64,000 nt of DNA from the human T2T-CHM13v2.0 reference genome, Homo sapiens. The stretch is from the NCBI RefSeq assembly GCF_009914755.1, contig NC_060928.1; one strand, 5' to 3'. Each line of letters opens with the position of its first letter. Position 1 is the stretch's first letter. The position numbers were made by a program, and so were the translations under genes. This document shows, piece by piece, positions 1 to 12,800 of the stretch. The notes beneath the pieces were generated by a model. It was given only the letters and a program-made list of their open reading frames with translations. It had not been told where the DNA came from and searched no databases.

Positions 1-283
1 TATATTCAACTTGGCTCTCATCTTTAAAACTCACTGCTCCTTTTTAGAAAATGAGTGATTAAAAATTAATTCAAAAGCTTCAATAATAAGACAGCAATAT
101 CTAGACACTCCAGTCTTCTATTTATTCACTGAAATTAGTATTTTGAGCGCCTACTCTGTATCACATGCTGTGCTACGGGCTGAAGGTACACTGGTCCTCT
201 AGACACACTCTCAGATCAGTTGAGCAGGGTGAGTCAGGTTACTAAAATGCCATTGTCTTACACTCCAAATATCCCATAGACAC

Positions 284-334
284 TGTGTGTGTGTGATTGT
301 GTGTGTGTGTGTGTGATTGTGTGTGTGTGTGTGT
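284..334. repeat. Interrupted (TG)n microsatellite
   Basis: Three TG tracts separated by 'at'. Confidence 0.95.
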
Positions 335-843
335 AAGAGAGCTCCCTCATGTTTTGATGACTGAGCACTGTTTGCTTCTTTACTTCAGCTGTTTACCTGC
401 AACCTCTTGATCTCAGGCATTTTGACATGAGTCTGTGAGGATGATCAAGGGACAATTCTGAGTGCAGCACCATATTAGGCAACAGAGTTGCTGTGGCTCG
501 ACAAAACTTGTGTGCTTGTGTCCCTTCCCTGAAACCAAGTGCTTTCCCTTAGGGGAATAGGGGAGTGAAAAAGAAAACAAATACTGTTTCTTTTCTTTAC
601 TCATTACACTTTACTTCTGGTCACCAAAATGTGTAGGTTTTTTCTCACCCACATTAAGGAATTCTCTTCTCCTCAATGGGCACTGACTGTGTCCTAATTT
701 AACTCAGTTCTGATTCTGTCTCTAGATAGCATCAGATTCCACCAAAAGGGGTAAGCTTCACAAGACTGCACCCCATTTCAGACGCCAATCTCAAGTGGTG
801 GAGCCCCAGGTTATCCACAGCTCCTGTTTAACTTGGCTATGAA

Positions 844-2110
844 TGAAACTAAAATATTGCACCCCAAAATATACTGCTTTGACATATTTTGAGATGGCTG
901 TTCAGAGAGTATGCAACCAGAAGGATCTCTGAAAAAGCTGTCTTTCGCGGGGGAGATTAGCACCTGGGAAAATATATCTGCATTGATGCTGCCAGGCTTT
1001 CTTTGAGGTCCTCCCTTTTCCAGGTCCAGAAAATATTAACCAATAGCCTGACACCTTTAAAGGTCTCAAAGACATGTTTACCAACTATTCTCTTTGAGGG
1101 CTGCTACCTGTGAGGTTTCACCTACATAACAAAACCACCTTTGCTAGCCAGGCCTCTCTTTTCTCCCTCCCATAACCTATATTGTTATTATTACTCAATT
1201 TACCACCATAACCTGTTTTTGGCCATGCTACAAGCCTCCAAGCCTCCATTCTTTCTGTATCCTCAAGATAGTAGATAAGCCTCCGTAACCAATTGTGGGG
1301 TTGGGGTAATCATTCTATGATTCTTCCCGCTGCATGTTAATAAACGTGTATGCCATTTCTCCTATTAATCTGCCTTTGTCATGTTAATGGAAATCACAAA
1401 CTCTGCAAAAATATTTTTTAAAAGTTATTTCTGAGACAATAAGAATGACCACAGGCCTGGGAAGCAGGGTCCTCAGGCTCAGGGAATACTGAGAAAGTGT
1501 GTCCAAGGCTGTTGGATTACAGTTTAGTTTTATACCTTTTAGGAAGGTGAGAGTTATAGGAAAATATATAAATCAATACGTGGAGGATATATATTGGTTC
1601 AACCAAGAAGACGGGATGTCTTGAAGTAGGGGCTTATACCTTATAGGTTCAGACATTCTTTGATTTGCAATTGGTTAAAGGAGTAAGGCTCTGTCTAAAA
1701 CTTGGAGTCAGCAGAAAGAAATTCTTAAGATAAGGATTTATGTAGCAAGGGTGATGGCCTGTGGATGTGACTTAACCCTTACCTTGTGTGGCCTTAGGTC
1801 TTGTTTATAATTTGGTATCTTATTGCCACAAATAGTCTTTTTGTCAGCCTTATGATCTCTATTTTAACATCAATGCTGGTCAGTTGTTATGTCTAAACTC
1901 CAAAAAGGAAGAGGTACAATGAGACATGTCCAACCTCCTTTCCATTTATGGCCAGGAGCTCAATTTTTTAACGTTTCTTTGGAGTCCCCTTGGACAAAAG
2001 CGTGTCTGTTCAGTTGGTGGGGGGCTTAGGATTCTATTTTTAATTTACAATCAGTTGACTTTTAGTGAATCTTTAAAGAGCAAAGGGGAAGGTTTCTCTT
2101 AACCCCTAGA
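844..2110 (+). mobile_element. MER39/MER34-type ERV1 solo LTR, interrupted by a MER4-type LTR
   Basis: Starts 'tgaaactaaaatattgcaccccaaaatatactgctttgacatattttgagatggctg', has AATAAA near 1338, and resumes after 2049 with 'cagttgactttt..aggggaaggtttctcttaacccctaga'. Confidence 0.7.
1382..2049 (-). mobile_element. MER4-family ERV1 solo LTR
   Basis: TG...CA termini; 'aaactctgcaaaaatattt..ggttggattacagtttagttttatac'; 4-bp TSD gtca/atca. Confidence 0.75.
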
Positions 2111-2868
2111 GCTCCCGAACAGAGGTTCCCATGATGACCTCCTTGTGTTCAATCATTTGCTAGAACAGCTCACAGAACTCATTAAAACACAACATATTGG
2201 ATTACCAGTTTATTACCAAAAAATACAACTCAGGAACAGCCAAATGAGGGGACATGTAGGGCAAGGGATAGGGAAGGTGTGTGGAGTTTCTGTGCCCTCT
2301 CAGGGCAAGGCCACCCTCCTGCACCTCCACGTGGTCACTAAAAGGAAATTCTGTGAACCTCTTTCTTTTGTCTCCTTCTTGTGGGTTTTTTGGAGGATGC
2401 ACTACACAGGCATGATTTATTAAATCATTGGCTAATAGTGACCAATTCAACCTTCAACCCATCTTCCCTCTCCAGAGGTCAGAGGGTGGGGCTGGAAGTT
2501 CCAACCCTGTAATTATGTGGTTGGTTCCCCTGGCACCCAGACCCCATCCTGTAGTTGTCTCTGGTTTTTCCAATAATCACCTCATTCACGTAAGCTCAGG
2601 TGTGTGTGAAAAGAGTTTGTAATGAATAACAGTAGACTCTACTCTCACCTTTACTGCTTAGCTCACTTAGGAAATTCCAAAGGTTTTTGGAGCTCTGTAC
2701 CAGGAACTGGATGAAGACCAAATACATACTCCTTTTTATAAATCACAATATCCTATGGAGTACTGAGGTTAAGCACATGGACTCGCTGATCAGACAGGCC
2801 TGGGTTTAAATCCCCCATTTACTACCTATTTGGATTTGAACAAATGGCTTAACTTCATTGAGTCTCTG

Positions 2869-3635
2869 TGAAACTGTCTTTGCAAAGATCATGACAGTGG
2901 GGGAAACCTAGCATGGCTGACTCCATTTTGCCTCTAGCCTCACAGCCTGGCTGTCTTCACTCATTGCTGGACATAGGCCAAGCTAACTACAGGAGAAATT
3001 TAGTTTACAATTTAACTTTGAAGCAAGGATAATAGCAGTCCCTCCCTAAAACTGATCCCCTCTTTCTCTGGGGTGCTAAAACCACCTCTGTAAGACTAAT
3101 AAAAGGCTACTAGATTGGGATTATGGGAGGAGCCTGAATCCTGCTAAAATGTAGTGATAGTTTCCATAATCCCTTACTGACCAGGAGTCATGTGGCCAGA
3201 GGTCACAAGATTTGTGACTTCTCCAATCGTTACTATAAATAGCATCACTATTGGGGAACCTAAGATTGATCTTTGAGCTATTTTTCAGACTTTTGCATAT
3301 CAACTGCTGATTCCACCTAGATTTGTGACTCATGATTCAACTTATCTTGTGGCTCCTCAACCCAGAAGCAGACTCAGTACAGGAGGACTGTTTTCCACAC
3401 CTCTATGACTGCACCCCCAACAAATCAGCAGCACCCATCCCCCACACCCCTGCCCACCAAACTATCCTTGAAAAACCCTAACCTCTGAGCCTTCAGGGAG
3501 ACTGATTTGAGTTACAACTCTAGTTGTTTCATGTGGCTGGACTCACATTAATTCAACTCTTTACTGCAATACAATGGTCACAGTGAATTGATTTGGTCTG
3601 TGCAGTGGTCAAGAAGAACCTGTTGGGTGATTACA
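2869..3635 (+). mobile_element. LTR8/LTR8A-type solo LTR inserted in a MIR
   Basis: 'tgaaactgtctttgcaaa...ctgactccattttgcctcta' to '...gttgggtgattaca'; perfect 4-bp TSD tctg (2865-2868 / 3636-3639); MIR-like sequence on both sides. Confidence 0.85.
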
Positions 3636-4199
3636 TCTGCTTCTTCATATGTAATGCAGAGATGTTCAGAGTTAAGACCATGTCAGGGCGCTTATGGGAG
3701 GCCTAAATGAAGTGATGTAAGAAGCATTCCACTCCAGGGTAACTTGCATTGACACCATGGGGCCTGAGGTGGGCATGGAATAAAATGCTTAACAGAAATA
3801 GTACAAAAACAAATACCAGGGCCTTTAGCAGCAGTTTCCTTCTCTGAGCCAACAGGGGAAGGGGCGGATGGAACCAGCCATGGGCATGAGAGGCGAGAGT
3901 GAAATGTCCAAGGGATCTTCAAGGACAGCAGAGGCATTGCGTAGGGGCAGCCTGAGCAAGTCCACATTAGAAACCTTCTTGAGACTGTCCAGAGGGTAGG
4001 GGACACACTTTCAGTCAAGTCTTGTCTTTCAGCATGGAGTGAGCCAGAAAAACAGTGATGTCTTTTTCTACCCCTAGGCCAGGGAAACCACAGTAAACAT
4101 ACGCATCATGTTATGGCTGACTGAGAGTCAATGCTAGCAATTTCAGACAGACCCAATGTTATAAATTTACCCAAGACTATTTCAGGGGCCCTGGGATAA

Positions 4200-4400
4200 C
4201 AGTGGTAGAAAGTGAACCCAGAGACAGATGGGCAATGGCTTCAAATATTACTTTCAACACTAAGTAGCATATTTGGAAAGTCACGTAACCTCTGAGCCTC
4301 AGTTTCCTCATCTACAAATTGGAGAAAATACTGTTTCATATGGTGGCTGTGGGTCCTAAATATAATCAAGTTTCCAAAAGCAGTTTTCAAACTGTCAATC
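4200..4400 (+). mobile_element. MIR SINE fragment
   Basis: Core 'aacctctgagcctcagtttcctcatctacaaattggag'. Confidence 0.7.
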
Positions 4401-4904
4401 CCTGTGCAGATTTGAGAGGTTGTTATGTTATTTCTAAGTAGGCAGTGCTACTGTGGATTTTAGTTTAGTGGAAAGAAATTCTACTAGTTCATGCTCTACA
4501 TGGTAGAATCTTTGAACCTTATATTCTCACTCATCAAACACCTTAAACTGTGGAGGTGCCTAGAGTGGCAGAAACAGAAAAATCTATCATCTAATTCAAA
4601 GCATCGTTTTCTTTGTAGCTCACTGGAAAGGGAGTGGAGAGCACTTCTTTTGTTGGGTTTGCTTAATTCAAGAGGGAAAAAGAAAGTCACAAATGAGAAA
4701 TGCAAATCTAGGAAGACATCTAGCTTCATGCCTGGCTTTAATAATTGCTCAAATAAGAAAGTCTAGTATCCATCCATACCTCTCCACACATTCACTCACA
4801 TATTTAGGGTCTAAGTTTCTGTTCAGTGTCACTGATGGAAAGATCCACCTTGGACTTATTCTATGACTGCTCTTTGTTTATTTTTCATTATTTTATCACT
4901 ATTT

Positions 4905-5292
4905 GTTTTACTTCATTTGGGCTGCTATTACAAACTGCCATAGAATGGGTGGCTTATAAAAAACAGTAATTTATTGCTTACAGTTTAGAAGGCTGTGAAG
5001 TCCAAGATCAAGGTGAGTGCAGATTCGGTGCCTGGGATGGTCCATTTCCATCAGGACATCCTTCTGATTCACAGACAGCTATCTCCTCACTGTGACCTCA
5101 CATGGCGAAAGGGGAAGGGAGTTCTTTGGGGCTTATTTTATAATGGCACTAATCCCATTCTTGAGTATAGATGCTAATCTACCTCTAAAACCCACCTCCA
5201 AATACTATCACATCTATATTATGTCCCCCCACATTTGGGATTAGGTTTAAACGTATGAAGTTTGGAGGCACATAAACAGTCAGTCTATAGAA
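4905..5292 (-). mobile_element. MLT1A-type MaLR LTR
   Basis: 'gctgctattacaaactgccatagaatgggtggcttata..gaagtccaagatcaaggtg'. Confidence 0.8.
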
Positions 5293-5589
5293 CTATTTGA
5301 AATTATCTTACAGTTTTATTTATTTGTTTGGTTGATTACTATATTTTTGCCTAGTGAGGACAACATGGAATGATCCCTAAGGTGGAGCAGGAAGCTGTCA
5401 AGAGAGGGGAAAAGGTGAAGGATTCCTGGAGGCTGCTCAGCAATCCATCTAAGACAAAATGCAAAAGAACCTCTTAAAGATCTTTCCCTACACTGGTGGC
5501 CTGGGGAACAAATCACATTTGGAGAATTGAAGAAATCTTAAAATGCAAGCATATTAAGCCCTTTTCCCCCAAATCACTTAAGGTATCTA

Positions 5590-5812
5590 ATACTTATTAA
5601 ATAATTATATGTGCATGTATCAGGCATTGGACTCAACACTCTACCCACATTATTCCATTGAGTTTTCACAGCAAATGTGTCCTATTGTATTCCCATTTTA
5701 CACACGGAAAAACTGAGGCTCAGGGAATTGAATGGACTTGCCCAGATTGTTAAGTGGTGGATCTGCGAAGGGAGGCCAGTGAGCCTGACTCAGAATTTGG
5801 TGCTTTAAACTA
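5590..5812 (-). mobile_element. MIR SINE fragment
   Basis: 'cccattttacacacggaaaaactgaggctcagggaattgaatggacttgcccag'. Confidence 0.75.
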
Positions 5813-6192
5813 TCATTGGCAATTGCACATGAATTGTCTACCTTTTCTGACAGCTTCATAGAGACATGTAAAAATATTGGTGCTCCTCATGGATCTATCT
5901 TGAGCCCACTTTTATGATTCTTACCTTACACACTTACAGGGGGGTTGATCTGTTATTTCCTCTGCATGAAATTCCATGTTTATGTTTTTCAGCTTCATAT
6001 TTCTGTATCCAGCTACCTGCTGCTGTCTTTATCTGCTTCCCTATTTAAACTTCAACTCAACATATTCACAACTGAATTTACTCCTTTTTTTGTAAATCTT
6101 CTTTCCCTCAAATATTCCCTGCCATAGTCGAATGACGCCCTCAACCAGCCAGTTGCCCCAGGGGGAACCTGAAAATTATTCCTAAAACCTGC

Positions 6193-6600
6193 TGTGTTAG
6201 GCTGTTCTTGCATTGCTATGAAGAAATATCTGAGACTGGGTAATTTATAAAGAAAAGAGAATTAATTGGCTCACAATTCTGTAGGCTGTACAGGAAGCAC
6301 GATGCTGGCATTTGATTGGCTTCTGGGGAGGCCTCAGGAGGCTTACAATCATGGTGGAAGGCAAAGGAGGAGCAGGCATGTCTCATGGCAAAATTAAGAA
6401 GCTAGCAAAGGTTGTGGGAGGGGTTGCCACACACTTTTAAATGATTAGATCTTGAAAGAACTCACTATCACAAAGATAGCACCAAGCCATGAGAGATCTG
6501 CCCCCGTGATCCAAACACCTCCCACCAGGCCCCACCTCCAGCATTGGGGATTACAATTCAACATGATATTTGGGTGGGGATAAATATACAGACTGTATCA
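6193..6600 (-). mobile_element. MSTB-type MaLR solo LTR
   Basis: 'tgtgttaggctgttcttgcattgctatgaagaaatatctgagactgggtaatttataaag' ... 'actgtatca'. Confidence 0.85.
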
Positions 6601-6817
6601 CCTCCCTCCCTCCCCATATCTTGGAATGTGTTCTTCTTTAGTCTTGCTCCACTATATTTTGTCCATTCTGGTTGACATTGCCTGTTTATTATTTTTGATC
6701 ATTGCAGCTGTTTTTAAACTGTTTTTCTTATCTTTATTATCAGTCTCACAAGTCTACCTCACTTAGAGCTACTAGAAGTTGTTTTATTAAAAATTCATAC
6801 TTAAATGCAAATCTCAA

Positions 6818-8440
6818 GGCACAGAGGCACTGTGGCTGGACCATAGGGCTGGTGCCACCATGCTGGTCACCAGGAAGACTTTCTGTTGGCACTGGGATAA
6901 CTCAGAGTCAGAGGAAGATGAAGATGATGCAGAGGAGGTTCAATTAAAACTTGAATAGACCAGAGAAGTACATAATAGAAGGAAGAGATTCAACGGGTGC
7001 TGTGGCCCTGCTGTTGGGAAAGAAGAGACCAATCAGATCCCTTTCAGATGAAGATAGGTGATGTGGATATGAAGAAACTGAAGGAAAAGAGCAAAGATAA
7101 AATCAGTAAAGAGGAAGACTTTCACTTGGGGACATCATTTTCTGCAGAAACCAACTGAAGGGATGAGGATGCAGACATGATGAAGTACACTGAGACAGAG
7201 CTAAAGAAGAGGAAAGGGATTGTGGAACATGAGGAACAGAAAGTCAAGCCAAGGAATGCAGAGGATTGTCTTTATGAACTTCCAGAAAACATCCACATTT
7301 CCTCAGCAAAGAAGACCAAGAAGATGTTTTCCAACCAGATGCTGAGTGGCATTCCTGAGTTGGACCTTGGCATCAATGCTAGAATAAAAAATATCATTTC
7401 TTCAGAGGATGCCAAGGTCCATCTGCTGGCAGAGTAGCAGAATAAGAAAAAAGACAGTAAGCTATCCTTCATGCCTACCAACATGTCTGTGAATTACGTG
7501 CAGCAGAACAGATTTTATCATGAGGAGCTCAACGTTCCCATACAGAGAAACACAGAAGAACCCAAAACCAGACTCTTGAGGGTAGGCGACACGGAGAAGC
7601 TAGGTGACACAGAGAAGGCAGAGGCTGAGAGGTCCCCTCCTAACCACAAGCATCCTGATAAGCAGAAGGCCACTGATGACTATCGTTATAAAAAGGTCAA
7701 GAAGATGAACAGGCAGTACTGAGCTGTGCAGAATGGGATGTAAATATTGCCTTCCTCTCCCTCTCTCCATTCCTCCCATGAAAAATGGCTTCCTGGACTG
7801 AGAATGCTCAGTTGCTAGCAGAGAGTTCCAGAAACAGACTCTATTAGGCCTGCTGCTTACCTGTTGGATTTTTTAAGCACTAAATTGGTAACTTTTTGAA
7901 AAAAGCAATGCATAATGTCTCATTTGGGGGCAAACTCTATTTTTGTGAACATTATTAAATCTTGTTTGTAAATACATTGACTTTCTCTTAATATTTTCTC
8001 CAGGTCAAGAAGAAACAACTCTGTATTCCTAGTGTGATAATATCCTTTAGATTATGCTTTTATTATTATATATGCAATCATGTCTTCTAATTTCACATAT
8101 TTGGAATGGGGTCAGAAATGCATTCTTTATTAATTAGAGTGGATCCAGTTGACAGAAAAATCTAGGATGAGATCACAAGGATACTGGTGTTTTCTGACTT
8201 TCACAAAATCACCTGTTGCTTTTCGTTAAAAAGAACAAAGCAAAAAGAAGAAACATATCAAATGCGAACCTCGTTGTGTTACTTCTGTATGATTTCTTCT
8301 TACTCTGAATTCCCATAGCCTCTTAGCCCTTGACACATATTTTCCTACTTTATAGTTTAAAAAATGCCACCTGTGTATCTTGTCTCTTTCTTTCTTCTCT
8401 TCCTCTCTCATATCTTTTCCTTGTGCCTTCCATGAATTTT
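6818..8440 (+). pseudogene. Processed pseudogene of C9orf78 (HCA59/Tls1-like splicing factor); CDS-derived part 6860-7722, probable 3'UTR-derived sequence beyond (right end uncertain)
   Basis: Intronless. Translations MMKYTETELKKRKGIVEHEEQKVKPRNAEDCLYELPEN..., MLSGIPELDLGI... and ...KATDDYRYKKVKKMNRQY match C9orf78. Kozak ATG (gccaccATG) at 6860. Premature stops at 6956-58, 7156-58 and 7435-37, plus indels. Confidence 0.93.
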
Positions 8441-8454
8441 CTGTAGCCTCTTCT

Positions 8455-8909
8455 ATTTTTTTCTTTTAACTTTTATTTCAGTTTTAGGGGTACATGTGTG
8501 TTTGTTATATGGGTAAACTCATGTCATGGAATTTTGTTGCGCAGATTATTTCATCATCCAGGTGCTAAGCATAGTGCCCTATAGGTATTTTTTCTGATTC
8601 TCTCCCTCCTGCCCTGTCCACCCTCAAGCAGGCCCAAGAGTCTATTGTTCGCATTTTTGTGTCCAAATATTCTTATTGTTTATCTCTCACTTTTAAGTCA
8701 GAACATGCAGGATTTGGTTTTCTGATCTTGCATTAGTTTGCTAAGGATAATGGTCTTTAGCTGCATACATGTTGCTGCAAAGAGCATGATCTCATTCTTT
8801 TTTATGGCTGCATAGTATTCAATGGTATATATATACCACATTTTCTTTATTTAGTCTACCATTGATGGGCATTTAGGATGATTCCACGACTTTCCTATTG
8901 TGAATAGTA
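8455..8909 (-). mobile_element. 5'-truncated older L1 3' end (about L1PA13-16)
   Basis: L1 3'UTR and ORF2 end; 13-bp TSD tgtagcctcttct at 8442-8454 and 8910-8922. Confidence 0.88.
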
Positions 8910-8960
8910 TGTAGCCTCTTCTTTATGCTAGACTGTGAAACTGACATTATGGGAAGATTT

Positions 8961-9667
8961 ATACCATCACACCAGTTAGAATGGTGATCATTAAAAAGTC
9001 AGGAAACAACAGGTGCTAGAGAGGATGTAGAGAAATAGGAACACTTTTACACTGTTGGTGGGACTGTAAACTAGCTCAACCATTGTGTAAGACAGTGTGG
9101 TGATTCCTCAAGGATCTAGAACTAGAAATACCATTTGACCCAGCCATCCCATTACTGGGTATATGCCCAAAGGAATATAAATCATGCTGCTATAAAGACA
9201 CATGCACACGTATGTTTATTGCAGCACTATTCACAATAGCAAAGACTTGGAACCAACCCAAATGTCCATCAATGATAGACTGGATGAAGAAAATGTGGCA
9301 CATATACACCATGGAATACTATGCAGCCATAAAAAATGATGAGTTCATGTCCTTTGTAGGGACATGGATGAAGCTGGAAACCGTCATTCTGAGCAAACTA
9401 TTGCAAGGACAGAAAACCAAACACCACATGTTCTCACTCATAGGTGGGAACTGAACAATGAGAACACTTGGACACAGGGTAGGGAACATCACACACCAGG
9501 GCCTGTTGTGGGGTGGGGGTAGGGGGGAGGGATAGCATTAGGAGATATATCTAATGTAAATGACGAGTTAATGGGTGCAGCACACCAACATGGCACATGT
9601 ATACATATGTAACAAACCTGCATGTTGTGCACCTGTACCCTAGAACTTAAAGTATAATAAATAAAAA
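8961..9667 (+). mobile_element. 5'-truncated L1PA5-like 3' end
   Basis: ORF2 C-terminus ([20 protein letters not shown]...LIGGN), G-rich 3'UTR, AATAAA and A tail. Confidence 0.92.
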
Positions 9668-12659
9668 GCGTTGGGATTACAGGCATGAGCCAACACCCCC
9701 CCCCCTAAAAAAATAAGACATTAGCATCATCTCCTCTTCTTATTTCAAGATTAAAAAAACAAAACAGCCAGAAAAAAATTTATAATCCAAAAAATATTTT
9801 CATGTACATCCTCTAATTTATTTCCCACATTACTGTCAACAGGCAGATAGAATTATCTCTATGTTTACAAGTGGAGACATGCACTCAAATAAGTCAAGTG
9901 CATTGCCCAAATCCATAGAACCAAGAAGGATCATCCCTTGCACTGGGCCCTCCGCTCTTAAGCCCTGTAATTGTTCTGCTCTGCAGCACTGTTCTTTGAA
10001 GCAGGCACCCCTCATACTTTACACCTGCGTTCACCATTCCAACACGTCATAATGCATTGTCAGTACATAGAGATCTCTGATTCAATCCAATCAGGACAAG
10101 CTGTGTTCAACCAAAGTCTTTTGGGGGCAGAAACACATGGTATAATAGAGAGGAATCTACCAGCTGCAAACATTTAACATTTCTGAGGAGTCAGTATGCT
10201 TTACCCAATGAAGAAAGCCCTTTCATTGTCCTGGCTACTGGGCTAAGTGAAAGTCAGTGATCAGGGCTTCTCTTGTGGTTGTGGGTCTGTGTGACTCACT
10301 AGTCATGAATACCACAAAAGCAAATGCTGCTCCTCATTCTTTCTTGTGTCTTTACTACCTAACAGAGACATGATTGTTCAATATTTATCTATTATAGGGA
10401 TTGATGCTTAGGGATTTAGAAGTAGATGGGAACTTAGTATCTTTGCAAGGGTTCCTAAACTCCAGTCATCTGTGTAATAAATGCATACAGCATATCTTTG
10501 TAATATATTATACATGTTTGCACATGTGAGTCCTATTTTTACTCTCATTTATTATTTATTGACTCTTTATTATTCATTAACTATTATTACCATCCCTGGT
10601 TTTACAGGTAAAGAAATTGAAGCTTAAAGTAATTAGGGGACTTGCCCAAGTCTCCTAGGACTGGAATTAGTTAAGAATTAGTGTCAGAACTGAATTTGAA
10701 CATAAGCAGTCCGATTGTAGATTCAGGGGTGTGTAGCCCGCCCTTCCTGCCCTCGTATCTAAGGCTTTTTCTGCTTTTTGGGCGAAGGAGCCTTGCTGTA
10801 AGGATACTGCGGATGGGGAGATAACAAGGTGCCTGCAGCCCTTCGTGAGGGGAATGCCAGAAGCCTTGTGGGGGATGTTTCTGCAGTGCCTCCTGAACAG
10901 AAGGAGGGAGCTCAGGAGAGAAAAATCAGAAGAGTCTTCCTGGACTGAAGCTGGGAAGATGGTGGTGCCCAGGAGAGGAAGGGAAGCCAGACACATTTCT
11001 CTCTGAACTGAGCTACCACTGGCCATACAGTTCAAGTCTCTGTTTCCAAAGGAAAAGATATAATGCCCTCTTAAAACTGATCTGCCTTCCGCTCCAAAAT
11101 GAAGGTCAGCAAGAGAGAAGTAGCATCCGAGATGCTAATGAAAGAAAACCCCAATGACTGCAGAAGCAATTTAAAGATTTGCCCGGATTTGTTTAGGCCC
11201 CCCTGGCTGTGACTTCTACTTGCAATTTCTCCTCAGCAGCCTGGATGGGGAGATAAATACATTTTTTAAAAGTCCAACATTCAGGCACTTTTGAAACTAG
11301 GGAAAGCGGAACCTGGGAGGCTTAAAATATTAATCATGTATCCAGGCTTGCCAGAGAAAAGAGGATGGCGTTCTGCAGGTGTAATACAGAGAGAAAATCC
11401 CCTCCAGGAACGAGTGATACGGAGGTGGATTTCACTCGTGTGCACCAGACACAGACGGAAAGCTTGATTCATACTTAATGCAGACCTAGATTCAAAGGCC
11501 CCCTCCTTAAAGGGAAAGCTGCTGGCCAGAAGCGTTCCTTCAGGACACTCTGAGACCTCATTAGACTATCATTAAACAGCTAACGAGAATCTGCTGCAGC
11601 AATAGGCTGAGTCCAGAAATGCAGATGAAAGGCTTTAGGAATGTTGGATTAAAAAACAAAGCAGGAACATTCAGAGGTAAGAGTTTAATGGCAGGATTCC
11701 CAAGTCCCTCGTCCACAGCCTAGGAAAGATCATCATCAGAACTTACCAGGTAGTGATTCCACTCGTGCATCTCCTTTGAACCCTAGGAGGTGGACTTGGC
11801 AGGAGTCATTTTTATTAACCAGGAGCCCCTGGGCCTATCACCTGTTCCTCCCCAGGGCTCCCTCTCAAGCCAAATCTGCCTCCTGTGCTCATTGCGGTTT
11901 CTTATCACCAGCCACAGACATTCTGTTTCTTCCTGATCCTCAAAATGGCTGCCACACACCAGTTTACTTTCTTTGCACACGAGTTAGAAATCTATTCAGA
12001 TCCCTGTGTTTATGCTGCTAAGGACGAGCCTGCAAAGTCTTTTTTGACTTAAGAATTTTAAAGCTATGAAAATAGTGCAAGTAGCAACAGTGAGGAAACA
12101 ACCAGGGTTCTAGAATTTTAGAGTTCTTAGACTTTAGTTATTGGTCTTTAGATTCTGTCTTCTTTCTGGATGTTTCTGGAAGTCTCAAGAACTCAATATT
12201 CTGTTTTTATTTCTAAAATTGTACATAATTTTCTTTTACCTGTTCCTCCCATAACTTGTACTTTATTCTTGAAGTAGAATAAGCAGTTTGCTTTTCTTTG
12301 ACCTTGCCCACAGCCTGTTCAAACTTCTACATCCTTTTTTTTTTTTCTCTCTCTCCCTGCTTTCAATGCCTATGCCTGAAATGCAGAAACATTCTTCTCT
12401 TGATGAAGCCTTCCTCCACCTCCTGGCTTTCCCATTCTCCTAGAAGAACCTATAAGCACCTTCCATGAAAAAGTCCTGAGCAGGTGCTCACCCCCACCTA
12501 GGAACAACTATACTCTTCAGAAGTGGAACTTTAATCACCAGGACCTAACATGATTTCTTGCACACAGTAGGTGTCTACTTGTGAAGTGGTCAGTGGAGTA
12601 TGCCTTTGTATAATTGTCAAGTTCTTTTATGACTGCAAAGTGACTGGGTCTTGTTGAAA

Positions 12660-12800
12660 CAGCTTTAGACTTAGGGACTCAGGTTTGTGTTTCAGATCTG
12701 TCATCCACTGGCTGAGTGGTGGTGGATGCTTTCCTCCAATTTTCTGAGCCTTAGTTTGCTCACTTATAAAGTGAGATCAATAACACCTGCCTCACAGTTG
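12660..12800 (+). mobile_element. MIR SINE fragment
   Basis: 'tctgagccttagtttgctcacttataaagtgagatcaataacacctgcctcacag'. Confidence 0.65.

Larger units (their letters stand above)
560..2753 (-). mobile_element. MER21-family LTR, split by nested insertions (pieces ~560-843 and ~2111-2753)
   Basis: Motifs 'gatagcatcagattccacc..cacaagactgcaccccatttcagacgccaat' and 'tttgctagaacagctcacagaactca..ggcatgatttattaaatcattggc..ggaaattccaaaggtttttggagct' match the recalled MER21 consensus. Confidence 0.7.
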
